Numbered from the stretch's first letter, positions 51,099 to 62,197 are shown. The stretch: DNA of 64,000 bases from Clostridia bacterium (GCA_017521925.1 JAFXBG010000006.1:729-64728); one strand, 5' to 3'. Numbers and translations: made by a program. The notes: generated by a model not told the origin, from the letters alone.

Positions 51099-51259
51099 TG
51101 GAAATTTCCTCCTTAAATTTTATCGAAAAAAATTCGCTAGTTATATTGTAGCAATTTTATATAAAAATTGCAATAGTTTTAGAAAAACTTTGTGCTAGAG
51201 TGAGGGGGATTATCCGAATCAAATTTTGAGGGATAATTTTTGCTCACTCTAAGGGGCTA

Positions 51260-53329
51260 TTAGCCTTCTTTCTTAGAAAGCTTCTCTGCAATGCTCTTGG
51301 GAACCTCAAGATAGCTGTTGGGCTCCATTACGTACTGACCGCGGCCCTGTGTTTTGGAACGGAGGTCTGTAGCATAACCGAACATCTCAGAAAGGGGAAC
51401 CTTACCCTCAACGCGTGTAACACCGTTGTCAGACTCCATACCTGCGATAGTACCACGTCTGGAGTTGATATCACCGATAACGTCGCCAAGGTACTCGTCA
51501 GGAACAATAACTGTTACCTTCATGATAGGCTCAAGAAGAACGGGATCAGCCTTCTTCATAGCCTCCTTGAATGCGATAGAACCGGCAATCTTAAATGCCA
51601 TTTCAGAAGAGTCAACCTCATGATAAGAACCATCATAAAGCTCAACCTTAACGTCAACAACATTGTAACCTGCAACAGTACCGGAGAGCATTGCACCCTG
51701 GATACCTGCATCAACAGCAGGAATATATTCCTTGGGAATAGCACCACCAACGATAGCATTTACGAACTCGTAGCCCTTCTCGGGGTTGGGGTATACTCTC
51801 ATCTTAACATGACCGTACTGACCCTTACCACCGGACTGACGAGCATACTTCTCATCAACCTGTGCTTCCTTGCGGATTGTTTCTTTGTAAGCAACCTGGG
51901 GCTTACCGATGTTAGCTTCAACCTTAAACTCTCTAAGAAGTCTGTCTACGATAATTTCAAGGTGAAGCTCACCCATACCTGCGATGATTGTCTGGCCAGT
52001 CTCCTGGTCTGTGTAAGCCTTGAAAGTGGGGTCTTCTTCTGCAAGCTTTGCAAGAGCAATACCCATCTTCTCCTGACCAGCTTTGGTCTTGGGCTCGATA
52101 GCAACGCGGATAACGGGATCGGGGAACTCCATAGACTCAAGGATTACGGGGTGCTTCTCGTCGCAGAGTGTGTCACCTGTTGTTGTGTTCTTAAGACCAA
52201 CAGCAGCTGCGATATCACCGGCGTAGCAGCAATCGATATCTTTTCTGTCGTTTGCGTGCATCTGCAGAATTCTACCCATACGCTCGTTGTTATCCTTTGT
52301 GGAGTTATATACTGTAGTACCTGCCTCAACCTTACCGGAGTAAACACGGAAGAAGCAAAGCTTACCAACATAGGGGTCGGTAGCAATCTTGAATGCTAAA
52401 GCTGCAAAGGGTGCATCGTCAGAAGAAGGACGTGTGCACTCTTCTTCAGTGTCAACATCAAAGCCTTTGATGTCAGGAACATCTGTAGGAGCAGGCATAT
52501 AATCAATAACTGCATCGAGAAGCTTCTGAACGCCCTTGTTACGGTAAGAAGTACCGCATACAACAGGAACCATAAGGTTGTCGATAGTAGCTCTTCTGAT
52601 TGTAGTCTTGATTTCTTCGATTGTAAGCTCTTCGCCGCCGAAGTACTTCTCCATAAGAGCCTCGTCGAGTTCTGCAACAGACTCAACAAGCTTCTCATGG
52701 TACTCGTTAGCGAGGTCTATCATATCAGCAGGAATTTCTTCCTCACGCATATCTTTACCGAGGTCATCATAATAAACCTCAGCCTTCATTTCTACCAGGT
52801 CGATGATACCGCGGAATGTATCCTCAGCACCGATAGGAAGCTGAATGGGAACAGCATTACACTTAAGTCTGTCCTTCATCATCTTAATAACGCGGTAGAA
52901 ATCGGCACCCATGATATCCATCTTGTTAACGTATACCATTCTGGGAACCTTGTAGTTATCAGCCTGACGCCAAACAGTCTCGGACTGGGGCTCAACACCG
53001 CCCTTAGCACAGAGAACTGTTACGGAACCGTCAAGAACTCTCAGTGAACGCTCAACCTCAACTGTGAAGTCAACGTGACCGGGAGTATCGATAATGTTAA
53101 TTCTGTTACCGTTCCAATAGCAGGTAGTAGCAGCAGAAGTGATTGTAATACCTCTCTCCTGCTCCTGAACCATCCAGTCCATTGTAGCAGCACCGTCATG
53201 TGTTTCACCGAGCTTGTGGTTTACACCGGTGTAGTACAGAATTCTTTCAGTTGTAGTTGTCTTACCGGCATCGATATGAGCCATGATACCGATATTTCTT
53301 GTATTTTCAAGAGATACTTGCCTTGGCAT
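51260..53329 (-). CDS. fusA: Elongation factor G
   Basis: [34 protein letters not shown]. Confidence 0.99.
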   Translation of the reverse strand: MPRQVSLENTRNIGIMAHIDAGKTTTTERILYYTGVNHKLGETHDGAATMDWMVQEQERGITITSAATTCYWNGNRINIIDTPGHVDFTVEVERSLRVLDGSVTVLCAKGGVEPQSETVWRQADNYKVPRMVYVNKMDIMGADFYRVIKMMKDRLKCNAVPIQLPIGAEDTFRGIIDLVEMKAEVYYDDLGKDMREEEIPADMIDLANEYHEKLVESVAELDEALMEKYFGGEELTIEEIKTTIRRATIDNLMVPVVCGTSYRNKGVQKLLDAVIDYMPAPTDVPDIKGFDVDTEEECTRPSSDDAPFAALAFKIATDPYVGKLCFFRVYSGKVEAGTTVYNSTKDNNERMGRILQMHANDRKDIDCCYAGDIAAAVGLKNTTTGDTLCDEKHPVILESMEFPDPVIRVAIEPKTKAGQEKMGIALAKLAEEDPTFKAYTDQETGQTIIAGMGELHLEIIVDRLLREFKVEANIGKPQVAYKETIRKEAQVDEKYARQSGGKGQYGHVKMRVYPNPEKGYEFVNAIVGGAIPKEYIPAVDAGIQGAMLSGTVAGYNVVDVKVELYDGSYHEVDSSEMAFKIAGSIAFKEAMKKADPVLLEPIMKVTVIVPDEYLGDVIGDINSRRGTIAGMESDNGVTRVEGKVPLSEMFGYATDLRSKTQGRGQYVMEPNSYLEVPKSIAEKLSKKEG

Positions 53330-53359
53330 AAAATCCTCCTAAATCTGAACAGAAAACTA

Positions 53360-53830
53360 TTACCATCTGTAATGTGCAAATGCTTTGTTAGCCTCTGCCA
53401 TCTTGTGAGTATCTTCACGCTTCTTGAATGCACCGCCGGCGCCGTTAACTGCGTCAAGGATTTCACCGGCAAGTCTTTCCTTCATAGTCTTCTCGCTACG
53501 CTGACGAGAATATGTTGTCAACCAGCGAAGGCCCAGTGTCTGTCTTCTCTCAGGTCTAACCTCCATAGGTACCTGATAAGTAGAACCACCTACACGGCGA
53601 GCCTTAACCTCTAACTGAGGCATAACATTCTCCATAGCTGCCTCGAAAGTCTCGAGGGGATCGTTACCTGTCTTTTCGTTGATAATCTCAAATGCACCGT
53701 AAACGATCTTCTGGGCAACACCCTTCTTACCGTCGAGCATAATGTTGTTGATTAAACGTGTAACGAGCTTGGAATTATAAATAGGATCGGGCAAAACATC
53801 ACGTTTTGCAATGGAACCTCTTCTTGGCAC
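53360..53830 (-). CDS. rpsG: 30S ribosomal protein S7
   Basis: GTG start at 53830 after GGAGG; [33 protein letters not shown]. Confidence 0.98.
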   Translation of the reverse strand: MPRRGSIAKRDVLPDPIYNSKLVTRLINNIMLDGKKGVAQKIVYGAFEIINEKTGNDPLETFEAAMENVMPQLEVKARRVGGSTYQVPMEVRPERRQTLGLRWLTTYSRQRSEKTMKERLAGEILDAVNGAGGAFKKREDTHKMAEANKAFAHYRW

Positions 53831-53980
53831 TTTACTTCCCTCCTTCACAATTTTTGATGATATCATAGGTACTCGAAAGCGACAAACTCCCGTAGCCAAT
53901 ACAGAGGTTATCTATATAAAAACCCTGTATTGTATACAGACGAAATATCAAATTAAATTCGTTTGAGTTATGTCAATTCC

Positions 53981-54400
53981 TTATTTACCCTTCTTAGGAC
54001 GCTTTGCGCCATACTTGGAACGTGCCTGATTACGGTTAGCTACACCCTGAGTATCAAGGGTACCACGGATGATATGATAACGAACACCGGGGAGGTCCTT
54101 TACTCTACCGCCTCTGATAAGAACAACAGAGTGCTCCTGAAGGTTGTGGCCAACACCGGGAATGTAGGAACTAACTTCAATTCCGTTTGAAAGTCTTACT
54201 CTGGCAATCTTTCTGAGCGCTGAGTTAGGCTTCTTGGGAGTTGCTGTCTTAACAGCTGTGCATACGCCTCTCTTCTGAGGGGAGTTCTGGTTGATAGCTC
54301 TGTTCTTCTTAGAGTTCCAGCCCTTTAAGAGTGCGGGTGCCTTAGCTTTCTTTTCAGAAACCTCTCTTCCCTTACGAACCAGCTGGTTAAAGGTTGGCAT
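53981..54400 (-). CDS. rpsL: 30S ribosomal protein S12
   Basis: [32 protein letters not shown]. Confidence 0.99.
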   Translation of the reverse strand: MPTFNQLVRKGREVSEKKAKAPALLKGWNSKKNRAINQNSPQKRGVCTAVKTATPKKPNSALRKIARVRLSNGIEVSSYIPGVGHNLQEHSVVLIRGGRVKDLPGVRYHIIRGTLDTQGVANRNQARSKYGAKRPKKGK

Positions 54401-54579
54401 TAATCTTTTCTCTCCTTTCTTCAAAATTTTTCTATGTCAATGAACCATAGTAGTATAGTCCAAAACAAGCTAATATGCTTTTTATTGGTAATTCACAGAA
54501 AAACCTTGTAAACACCGAGGTTTTCGGGCGATTTCACCATAGTCTTAAACTGCAAAACCGCAGTTTCCGACAATTACTT

Positions 54580-54608
54580 AATATAACAAATAATTTCAGA
54601 AAAGTCAA
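54580..54608 (-). promoter_or_regulatory. Candidate str-operon promoter
   Basis: Minus strand TTGACT-17 nt-TATATT. Confidence 0.6.
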
Positions 54609-54846
54609 CACAAATTTTTAAAAATATTGGGGCAAAAAGACCGACCCTCAGGTCGGCCTTTTGAGAATTATTTGTTTTAGTCATTGGTAGGAATATATTC
54701 CGGAGTAATATCAGAAAACTCCGTTCCCTCTCGGTATTTAAGAGAATTAACTGCATTAATAAGATTTGATTTTCCGGGGTTTTTTAATCTTTGTATATAT
54801 GCATAAATTCAAGGTTCAGTTTTTGATAAAACGTACAATAAACAGA

Positions 54847-54916
54847 CCCGCCGTTGATGAAAGTTTGCCTTTAAACCGAACCTGTCCGTAGGCGAACTGC
54901 CCTGCAGGTGGCTAAC
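54847..54916. repeat. ~68-nt dispersed repeat, copy H
   Basis: CCCGCCGTTGATGAAAGTT...AACCTGTCCGTAGGCGAACTGCCCTGCAGGTGGCTAAC; ends 4 nt from the LCP stop. Confidence 0.85.
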
Positions 54917-54920
54917 CTGC

Positions 54921-55952
54921 TTATTCTATATTCTCATATATAAATGTTGCAACATCCCGTCTTAAAGAATTCCAGTCGGTAATTTCAAGTACAGAGCCTG
55001 CGTAATCGTAGTAGCTGTCAACCCAGTAATCCGTAGGGAAGGTTGCACGCTCTATATTATAGCTTAAATATGCAGGAGCATTTGAGATATGGCCTGCAAG
55101 CTCTGATGCCGACAAATCGGTAGTTACATAGGGCAATACAGTATATGCCATATTGCTGACCTCATCAAAACTAAGGGAAGTAAGTCCGTTTATAATGCCT
55201 GCAAACATCCTCTGCTGACGGTCAACCCTGTCCCAATCGGTACCGTAAAAATATATACCGTTAACCTCACCGCCTCGGTTTCGAACATGCCAGAGAGCCT
55301 GACCGCCTGTAAGGTGAACGTAACCCTCGCTTGCACCTTCGATATAATTAGGCTGGTTGTTCTGGGCAACCTGAGCATTTATGTAATCAATCTCGTCCTC
55401 AGTAAGATACACGTCAACACCGCCGATTGCGTTAATAAGCTTGCGGAAAGTGGAGAAATTAACAATAGCGTAGCCGTCAATATCAATACCAAAGTTATAC
55501 TCCATAGTCTGTATACAAAGGTCTGTGCCTCCATAGGCGTAGGCGGCATTGAGCTTGTCGGGGTCATATCCCGGGATAGACACAAAAGTATCTCTGAGGA
55601 AAGAGGTCATTTTGATTTTACCGTGGATATTGTCAAGAGAAAGAAGCATCAACGTGTCGCTTCGTCCCCAATCGGAATTACTGTCTGTGCCTATAAGAAG
55701 AATATTTGTAACACTGTCGTGAGCATACAGTGGTGCAGGGTTTGCCTCTTGGTAGTGAGCCTCCGCCTCTGTGGTTTCAGTCGGGGCAGTAGTGGTTTCT
55801 TTGGCTGTGCTTTCAGGCATAGTTGTAGGGGGTACAGTGGTTGCAATCGAAGTAACAAGGGTTGTTTCATCGGTTTTATCAGCATTAGAGCAACCTGCAA
55901 AGGTAAAAATCAGTATATTTATAAGCAAAATAATTGCAAGTGTCCGTTTCAT
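54921..55952 (-). CDS. LCP family lipoprotein
   Basis: Lipobox FAGC, Thr-rich linker, NILLIGTD, GRSDT, SFLRDT, KLNAAYAYGG, R..RQ. Confidence 0.9.
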   Translation of the reverse strand: MKRTLAIILLINILIFTFAGCSNADKTDETTLVTSIATTVPPTTMPESTAKETTTAPTETTEAEAHYQEANPAPLYAHDSVTNILLIGTDSNSDWGRSDTLMLLSLDNIHGKIKMTSFLRDTFVSIPGYDPDKLNAAYAYGGTDLCIQTMEYNFGIDIDGYAIVNFSTFRKLINAIGGVDVYLTEDEIDYINAQVAQNNQPNYIEGASEGYVHLTGGQALWHVRNRGGEVNGIYFYGTDWDRVDRQQRMFAGIINGLTSLSFDEVSNMAYTVLPYVTTDLSASELAGHISNAPAYLSYNIERATFPTDYWVDSYYDYAGSVLEITDWNSLRRDVATFIYENIE

Positions 55953-56217
55953 TTTTGGGGTCTCCTGTCGAAAAAAGTATACAAATATTTTATCAAGCTA
56001 CCACGATACTGTCAACAAAATAAAGCCAAAAGTTTTTCGCAACTTTTTAACTTATGAATTAAAGTGATTCCCCTCTTGTTGCTTTAAATTATTTTATATT
56101 ATCTTTACTTAAATTATATTAGGTTTAGTTATATTATATTGGGGCAGAATTTAGACTATAGTAATCGACAAACAAAAAGCTCCGCAGTTTCCTGCGGAGC
56201 TGATGTACAGATTATAA

Positions 56218-57336
56218 TCAGTTTGTGATTGTCTGCTCTGTTTCCTTATCGAAGATGTGAATCTTCTCAAGCTCAAGAGCAACCTGGATTGTGTCACCGG
56301 GTTTAGCTGTGGAAGTAGGAGCAACTCTTGCTGTAAGGGGAACACCGTTGATGTTTACATAGAGGTAAATCTCAGCGCCCATAAGCTCAGTAACGTCAAC
56401 CTTGGATGTAAGGAGACCGTTGCCGTTCTTAACAGTTGCGAGGAAATCAGGCTCGTCGTGAACATGCTCAGGACGGATACCGAAACGAACTTCCTTGCCA
56501 ACGTATGCATCTAACTTGCCGCCTGCGCTCTTTGAAGCAGGAAGCTCGATGCTGTAGCCTTCAAACTCGAGGCAGTATGCAGAACCCTTCTTTGTAAGAG
56601 TTGCGTCAACGAAGTTCATCTGGGGAGAACCGATGAAGCCTGCTACGAACTCATTGCAGGGCATATCATAGAGGTGCTGGGGAGTATCAACCTGCTGAAT
56701 GAAGCCGTCCTTCATAACAACGATACGAGTACCCATTGTCATAGCCTCTGTCTGGTCATGTGTAACGTAAATAAATGTAGTACCAAGTCTCTGATAGAGC
56801 TTGTTAATCTCAGTTCTCATGTTAGCTCTGAGCTTAGCATCAAGGTTTGAGAGAGGCTCGTCAAGTAAGAATACCTTAGGATCACGAACGATAGCACGGC
56901 CTAAAGCAACACGCTGACGCTGACCGCCGGAGAGAGCCTTGGGACGTCTGTCAAGATACTCTTCAATACCGAGGATTCTTGCAGCTTCTTCAACTCTTCT
57001 CTTGATTTCTTCCTTGGGAAGCTTTCTGAGCTTAAGGCCGAAAGCCATATTATCATAAACTGTCATATGGGGATAGAGAGCATAGTTCTGGAATACCATT
57101 GCGATGTCTCTGTCCTTAGGAGCAACGTCGTTGCAGAGTGTGTCGCCGATGTAAAGCTCACCCTTGGAAATATCCTCAAGACCTGCAATCATTCTGAGAG
57201 TTGTGGACTTACCGCAACCGGAAGGACCAACGAGAATGATAAACTCCTTGTCTTCAATTTCAAGGTTGAAGTCTGTAACTGCGGTAACGCCGCCGTCGTA
57301 GATTTTGTAAACATGTCTCAGTGAAACATTTGCCAT
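56218..57336 (-). CDS. Carbohydrate ABC transporter ATPase (MsmX/MalK/UgpC-type), no permease genes adjacent
   Basis: GPSGCGKST, FQNYALYPH, LSGGQRQR, DEPLSNLD, TOBE-like C-terminus. Confidence 0.95.
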   Translation of the reverse strand: MANVSLRHVYKIYDGGVTAVTDFNLEIEDKEFIILVGPSGCGKSTTLRMIAGLEDISKGELYIGDTLCNDVAPKDRDIAMVFQNYALYPHMTVYDNMAFGLKLRKLPKEEIKRRVEEAARILGIEEYLDRRPKALSGGQRQRVALGRAIVRDPKVFLLDEPLSNLDAKLRANMRTEINKLYQRLGTTFIYVTHDQTEAMTMGTRIVVMKDGFIQQVDTPQHLYDMPCNEFVAGFIGSPQMNFVDATLTKKGSAYCLEFEGYSIELPASKSAGGKLDAYVGKEVRFGIRPEHVHDEPDFLATVKNGNGLLTSKVDVTELMGAEIYLYVNINGVPLTARVAPTSTAKPGDTIQVALELEKIHIFDKETEQTITN

Positions 57337-57546
57337 AATTATTAACCTCCATGTCTGCCTACTTCGTATGACAGGGCAGAATACTTATTTTCATACGATA
57401 ATAGTGTAGCACTTTTTTTTGAACTTTACCATTATTGAAATAACTAAAGATTTAATAAATATTTTATGTAAAAAGGACACAAGAGCAAAAAAACGCACGA
57501 ATTACAACAACTTTTTTGACATTTTCAACAGTTCTAACAGGAAAAA

Positions 57547-58026
57547 CTATACAAATGCCGTCAAGAGCAAAAGTTCGCTGCCCTCTTCAAGGGTGGTAAG
57601 GTGGCAAGCAATCACTTTATCCTTAATGATATACAGCACAGCATACAAAGGTTTGCCTGATTTGCTCTTGTTTTTAAGTTTAAGATACCGCTCTTCAACC
57701 TTTTTGCCTGAAAATCTGAGAATATCAAGGCCGATTTTACTCTGAAAATCTCCATACCCGACAAAAGTTTCGTCATCTTTAGCGGGCAAGGTAAGCTCTC
57801 TTGTGTTCAACAAGCTTTCATAGTCAAGAGAAAACTGAGCAAAAAATCCGCTTACGCCTCCTGTTTCACGCAAATCAAAGGAATACTCTGTGCTATCCCC
57901 TGACCTGCCTGAAAAGCACAAAGATACCACAACTGCCAGAAGCACCGAAAAGGCTGCTGCAACGGCTATGGCAATAACCTTTCCTTTAAGCTTTTTGCCT
58001 GATGTTATAAAATACAAACGCCTCAC
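57547..58026 (-). CDS. DUF4830-like membrane-anchored protein
   Basis: TM helix; F..Y...Q..IG.D..F.GKKV..Y; L.I..DKVIA. Confidence 0.6.
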   Translation of the reverse strand: MRRLYFITSGKKLKGKVIAIAVAAAFSVLLAVVVSLCFSGRSGDSTEYSFDLRETGGVSGFFAQFSLDYESLLNTRELTLPAKDDETFVGYGDFQSKIGLDILRFSGKKVEERYLKLKNKSKSGKPLYAVLYIIKDKVIACHLTTLEEGSELLLLTAFV

Positions 58027-58140
58027 CTCGTAAAACTATATGAGGGTCACGATGTGCTTTATAACTTTTAGAGTAATTCAATAATGAAAAGCTCCTTTCC
58101 ATATTTATTATGGTAGATATTTGTGTAGATTCTGTGCATT

Positions 58141-58803
58141 TTAAAACAACAGTTTTTCCAGTTCTTCTGCGTTGTCTGCAAACACCCCGGCACCCTCGGC
58201 TACCATGGTATCATAGGTTCCGTAGCCGTAGTTGACACCGATAAAGTCAACACCGTTTAACCTTGCACCCTTGGCATCGAACCTGGTATCGCCAATCATA
58301 ACCACCTTATCGGTGATTTTTCCGCCTAAAACATTTACTGTATAAGGAATAACCTCTTCTTTTTCTTTTCGGCTTCCGTCAGGAGCAGAGCCGCAGATTG
58401 CATCAAAATATTCTGTAATTCTAAGAAAATCGCAGACATTATCGGCAGGTTTCTGCTGTTTTGAAGAACAGACCGCAATTTTAGCATCACTTGCCTTAAG
58501 CTTCTTAAGCAAATCTTCAATACCGTCATAAAGTCTGTTAGCCTTTAAGCCATAAACCTTGTAAAAATCCTGATAGATAACCAAGGCTTTCTGCGTATCC
58601 TCCTTGCTCAACCCGCAAAGTCCAGAAAAAGTATCTGCAAGAGGAGGACCGATAAACTTGCTGTAATCGCTTAAATCGGGAGCAGGTTTACCCAGTTTTT
58701 CCAACGTAAGCTCAATGCATTTTCTGATTCCCGGAGCACTTTCGGAAATAGTACCGTCAAGGTCAAAAAGAATATAATCATATTTGGGCATAACTTTTAC
58801 CAT
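58141..58803 (-). CDS. HAD-superfamily phosphatase (Gph-like)
   Basis: FDLDGT, FIGPPL, SSK, MIGD..FD..GA. Confidence 0.9.
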   Translation of the reverse strand: MVKVMPKYDYILFDLDGTISESAPGIRKCIELTLEKLGKPAPDLSDYSKFIGPPLADTFSGLCGLSKEDTQKALVIYQDFYKVYGLKANRLYDGIEDLLKKLKASDAKIAVCSSKQQKPADNVCDFLRITEYFDAICGSAPDGSRKEKEEVIPYTVNVLGGKITDKVVMIGDTRFDAKGARLNGVDFIGVNYGYGTYDTMVAEGAGVFADNAEELEKLLF

Positions 58804-58905
58804 ACTTTCTATAATATACTTGTTTATTTTTCTGAATTATGTTATACTGTTATACTACACTGGGTTAATGTGTTTTTCAACAGTTTTTTGAAATCAGGTG
58901 ACAAT

Positions 58906-59658
58906 TTGTCAGAAAAAAAGCGGATTCACTTTATCGACGAGGTCAGAGGCTTCTGCGTAATGTGTATGGTGTTTTACCATGCAATGTTTACAATGGGCTT
59001 TATGTTCGGGCTTAAAAGTGCTCAGGCTATGTTCATTTTCTTTAGTTTTATAAGCCCTGCATTTGCCTTTGCTTTTATTATGATGTGCGGTATATCTTCC
59101 ACATTAAGCCGTTCCAATTTTAAGCGGAGTATTCCTATTCTGGGTGCAGCACTTCTGGTAACGTTGGTATCTGTATTTATTACTCCCGATGCTCCCATAT
59201 TCTTTGGAATTCTTCATTTGCTGGGAGTATGTGTTTTAGGCTACAGTTTTACCGAAAAGCTTTTTCATAAGATTAACCCTATAGCAGGAATTGCGGTGGC
59301 TTTCCTTATATTTCTGCTGACGTATAACGTTCAGTACGGGTATCTGGGCTTTGAGCCGTTTTTTAAAATTCCCCTGCCCTCAGAGCTTTACCAAAGCAAC
59401 AGCCTGTGCTTTTTAGGTTTTGTAAAAGAAGGTACAAGCTATTCTGACTTTTTTCCGCTTTTACCCTGGTTTTTCGCTTTTATTTCAGGAGTATTCGCGG
59501 GCAGGCTTTTAAAAGGAAGATACCCTCTGTTTATGTATAAAAAAAGAGTACCCTTCTTCACGCTTTTAGGTACCAATGCTTTTCTGATTTATGTAATTCA
59601 TCAGCCGATTATTTACGGCGTTTCTTATATTTTAACACTACTTTCCGGAGGAATTTAA
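58906..59658 (+). CDS. DUF1624/HGSNAT-like membrane acetyltransferase-family protein
   Basis: R..IDE.RG..M..YH, FGILH.LG, SDFFPLLPW, IY.IHQP; start TTG 58906 inferred. Confidence 0.82.
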   Translation: MSEKKRIHFIDEVRGFCVMCMVFYHAMFTMGFMFGLKSAQAMFIFFSFISPAFAFAFIMMCGISSTLSRSNFKRSIPILGAALLVTLVSVFITPDAPIFFGILHLLGVCVLGYSFTEKLFHKINPIAGIAVAFLIFLLTYNVQYGYLGFEPFFKIPLPSELYQSNSLCFLGFVKEGTSYSDFFPLLPWFFAFISGVFAGRLLKGRYPLFMYKKRVPFFTLLGTNAFLIYVIHQPIIYGVSYILTLLSGGI

Positions 59659-59659
59659 A

Positions 59660-60754
59660 ATGAAATTAGGTATTGTAGGCTTACCTAACGTAGGTAAAAG
59701 TACACTTTTCAACGCTATTACAAACGCAGGTGCTCAATCTGCAAACTATCCTTTCTGCACTATTGAGCCTAATGTTGGCATAGTTTCCGTTCCTGACAAA
59801 CGTCTTGACAAGCTCGCCGAGATGTACGACCCTGACAAATACACACCTGCAACCATTGAGTTTGTTGACATTGCAGGTCTTGTTAAGGGTGCGTCAAAGG
59901 GCGAAGGTCTTGGCAACAAATTCCTTTCAAATATCCGTGAGTGCGATGCAATTGTTCACGTTGTAAGATGCTTTGAAAACGACGATATCATTCACGTTGA
60001 GGGCAGTGTTGACCCCTTAAGAGATATCGAAACAATCAACCTTGAGCTTATCCTCTCTGACGTTGAGATGATAGAAAGAAGAATTGACAAAACCAAAAAG
60101 CTTTTAAAGGCTGACAAGAAATATCAGGTTGAGCTTGACTTCTTCCAGAGAGTTCTTGATGCTCTTAACGAGGGAAAATGTGCCAGAGCTGTCGAGTGTA
60201 CCGACGACGAGGCTGCACTTCTCTCAGACGTTGCACTGCTTACAAACAAGCCCGTAATCTATGCCGCAAACATGAGCGACACAGACTTTTCATCAGGCAT
60301 ACAGGACAACGCAAGACTTAAAAGAGTACAGGAGCTTGCCGCTGAGGAAGGTGCCGCTGTGCTTCCTATCTGTGCTGAGATTGAGGCTGAAATTTCTGAA
60401 ATGGACAAAGAGGACAAGGAAATGTTCCTTTCTGATTTAGGTCTTGAGCAGTCGGGTCTTGACAGACTTATTAACGAGTGCTACTCCCTTTTAGGTCTTA
60501 TCTCCTATCTTACAGCAGGTAAGCAGGAAGTAAGAGCCTGGACAATCAAAAAAGGCACAAAAGCTCCCGGTGCCGCAGGTAAAATCCACTCTGACTTTGA
60601 GCGTGGCTTTATCCGTGCCGAGGTTATAGCTTTCGACGACCTTATCGCCTCAGGCAGTATGACTGCCGCCAAGGAAAAGGGCTTGGTAAGAAGCGAAGGC
60701 AAAGAGTACATAATGAACGACGGAGACGTGGTTCTTTTCAGATTCAATGTTTAA
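59660..60754 (+). CDS. ychF: Ribosome-binding ATPase YchF
   Basis: GIVGLPNVGKST, NYPFCTIEPN, DIAGLVKGASKGEGLGN, IHSDFERGFIRAE. Confidence 0.98.
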   Translation: MKLGIVGLPNVGKSTLFNAITNAGAQSANYPFCTIEPNVGIVSVPDKRLDKLAEMYDPDKYTPATIEFVDIAGLVKGASKGEGLGNKFLSNIRECDAIVHVVRCFENDDIIHVEGSVDPLRDIETINLELILSDVEMIERRIDKTKKLLKADKKYQVELDFFQRVLDALNEGKCARAVECTDDEAALLSDVALLTNKPVIYAANMSDTDFSSGIQDNARLKRVQELAAEEGAAVLPICAEIEAEISEMDKEDKEMFLSDLGLEQSGLDRLINECYSLLGLISYLTAGKQEVRAWTIKKGTKAPGAAGKIHSDFERGFIRAEVIAFDDLIASGSMTAAKEKGLVRSEGKEYIMNDGDVVLFRFNV

Positions 60755-60795
60755 TCAAAACCTCATCAATGATTTTTGACTCAGGCGGTGAAAAA

Positions 60796-61218
60796 ATGAC
60801 GACCGAACAAACTTCTCAGGCAGTTAACAACGAAACCGTAAGTGCTGTTCCTGCGGTTTCCAAAAGGCGGAAAATCTTTGCCAAAACCTTTGGTGTGCCG
60901 GGATTTATTTTTGCACTTATATCAATGTGGTTTACCATTGCCCAATCGCTGGTAGCTATTACCGCCTCGGAAATTGCCGAGGTAATTGCCGAAAAGTTTC
61001 TGAGAATGTCTCTTTCACAGATTATGAATATACCTATGCTTGGTTTGTGCAGTTTATCTATGATGTGGGCTATGTTTGCAGTTGCACTGTGTGCGTTGTC
61101 GCGTTTTCTGGGCACATCTACAAAAATCAACCAAACAGGATTTATTCTCTCTATTGTTTCTGTAATTTGCTCAGTTTCTCTCGCTTGTTTTTCAATAGTA
61201 TATATGATTTTAAGCTGA
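60796..61218 (+). CDS. Hypothetical three-TM protein
   Basis: ORF with three hydrophobic segments, co-directional with ychF. Confidence 0.6.
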   Translation: MTTEQTSQAVNNETVSAVPAVSKRRKIFAKTFGVPGFIFALISMWFTIAQSLVAITASEIAEVIAEKFLRMSLSQIMNIPMLGLCSLSMMWAMFAVALCALSRFLGTSTKINQTGFILSIVSVICSVSLACFSIVYMILS

Positions 61219-61327
61219 TTATTTAAATATCTTTGTGGCTTTGTTATATTGACAAAGCCACATATTTTTTTGTATTATTATAGTAGTCAATATTTGACGT
61301 ATTTATTATATGAAAGGGGTTCTCAAC

Positions 61328-61948
61328 ATGGATTTCAAAAAGGTATTTAACTTTAAGCAGAGAATTGCTGAGCTTATTTCTCTCTTTAAGAACATCAAAA
61401 CTTTTGATTTTCTTGGCAGACTCAAAAACATCACAAAAGACATTCCCGGTCTTGTGGCTTTAGCCGGTGCAACACTTATGTTTATCGGTGCTTTCGTTCC
61501 CAACTACTGGGCAGGCTTATGGGGTATTAACACATATACAAATCTTTTCCAGGCTCCCTGGGGTGTGTTAATCTTCATCCTTACTCTCGGTATGCTTGGT
61601 CTTGCTTATTTCAAGCAGATTTTCTGGGCAGGTCTTACATCTGCACTTTGCTTTACAATCTCTCTGATTCAGGCAATCGCTTTCCCTGCTGCTATTAAGA
61701 TTGAATCCGGCGGCTGGGTTGATGCAGGCGTTCACGTAGGCTTTTTCTTCGTTCTTATCGGCGAGCTTGCAATCATCGGCGCTTTTGCTCTTCATTACTT
61801 TGTAATGAACAAAAACGAGGCTCAGACTCCTGCTATTGAGGCTGAGGCTGCTGTTGTTACTGAGACTCCTGTTGCTGAGGCTGTAACAGAGGAAACTGCT
61901 CCTGTTGCTGAAGCTGCAGCTGAGGAAGCTCCTGCTCAGGCTGAGTAA
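61328..61948 (+). CDS. Hypothetical four-TM protein with acidic Ala/Glu/Pro-rich tail
   Basis: Own promoter (TTGACA near 61249), RBS AAAGGGG, terminator at 61969-62005. Confidence 0.75.
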   Translation: MDFKKVFNFKQRIAELISLFKNIKTFDFLGRLKNITKDIPGLVALAGATLMFIGAFVPNYWAGLWGINTYTNLFQAPWGVLIFILTLGMLGLAYFKQIFWAGLTSALCFTISLIQAIAFPAAIKIESGGWVDAGVHVGFFFVLIGELAIIGAFALHYFVMNKNEAQTPAIEAEAAVVTETPVAEAVTEETAPVAEAAAEEAPAQAE

Positions 61949-62008
61949 TTAATTTAAAACAAAAAATTACACCGCAGACTTATTTAAAGGTCTGCGGTGT
62001 TTTTTGTC

Positions 62009-62077
62009 GTCAGCCACGACAGGGCGATTCGCCTATGGACAGCTTTCATATAAAAATAAGCAATCATCAACGGCGGG
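62009..62077. repeat. ~68-nt dispersed repeat, copy I
   Basis: GTCAGCCACGACAGGGCGATTCGCCTATGGACAGCTT...AAGCAATCATCAACGGCGGG. Confidence 0.82.
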
Positions 62078-62197
62078 TAGGGTTAAATGTTTATAAACTT
62101 TTATTCTCAGTGCAAGCATTCTCATTTGTTGTAACCATAAAAACTGAGGAGTTCATACTTTTAAGAAAATAAAAAATGTCCGAAAAATTTCGGACAT

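Noticed and set aside
50121-52399. Long plus-strand ORFs (331 aa and 259 aa) opposite tuf and fusA
   Set aside because: Antisense shadows of strongly codon-biased genes; no RBS or recognisable motifs.
54847-54916. 68-nt repeat as a hammerhead (TTGATGA...GAA) or HDV-like (GGCTAA) ribozyme
   Set aside because: The CUGANGA/GAAA core is not conserved across copies and the HDV nested pseudoknot could not be built by eye; not called, though testable.
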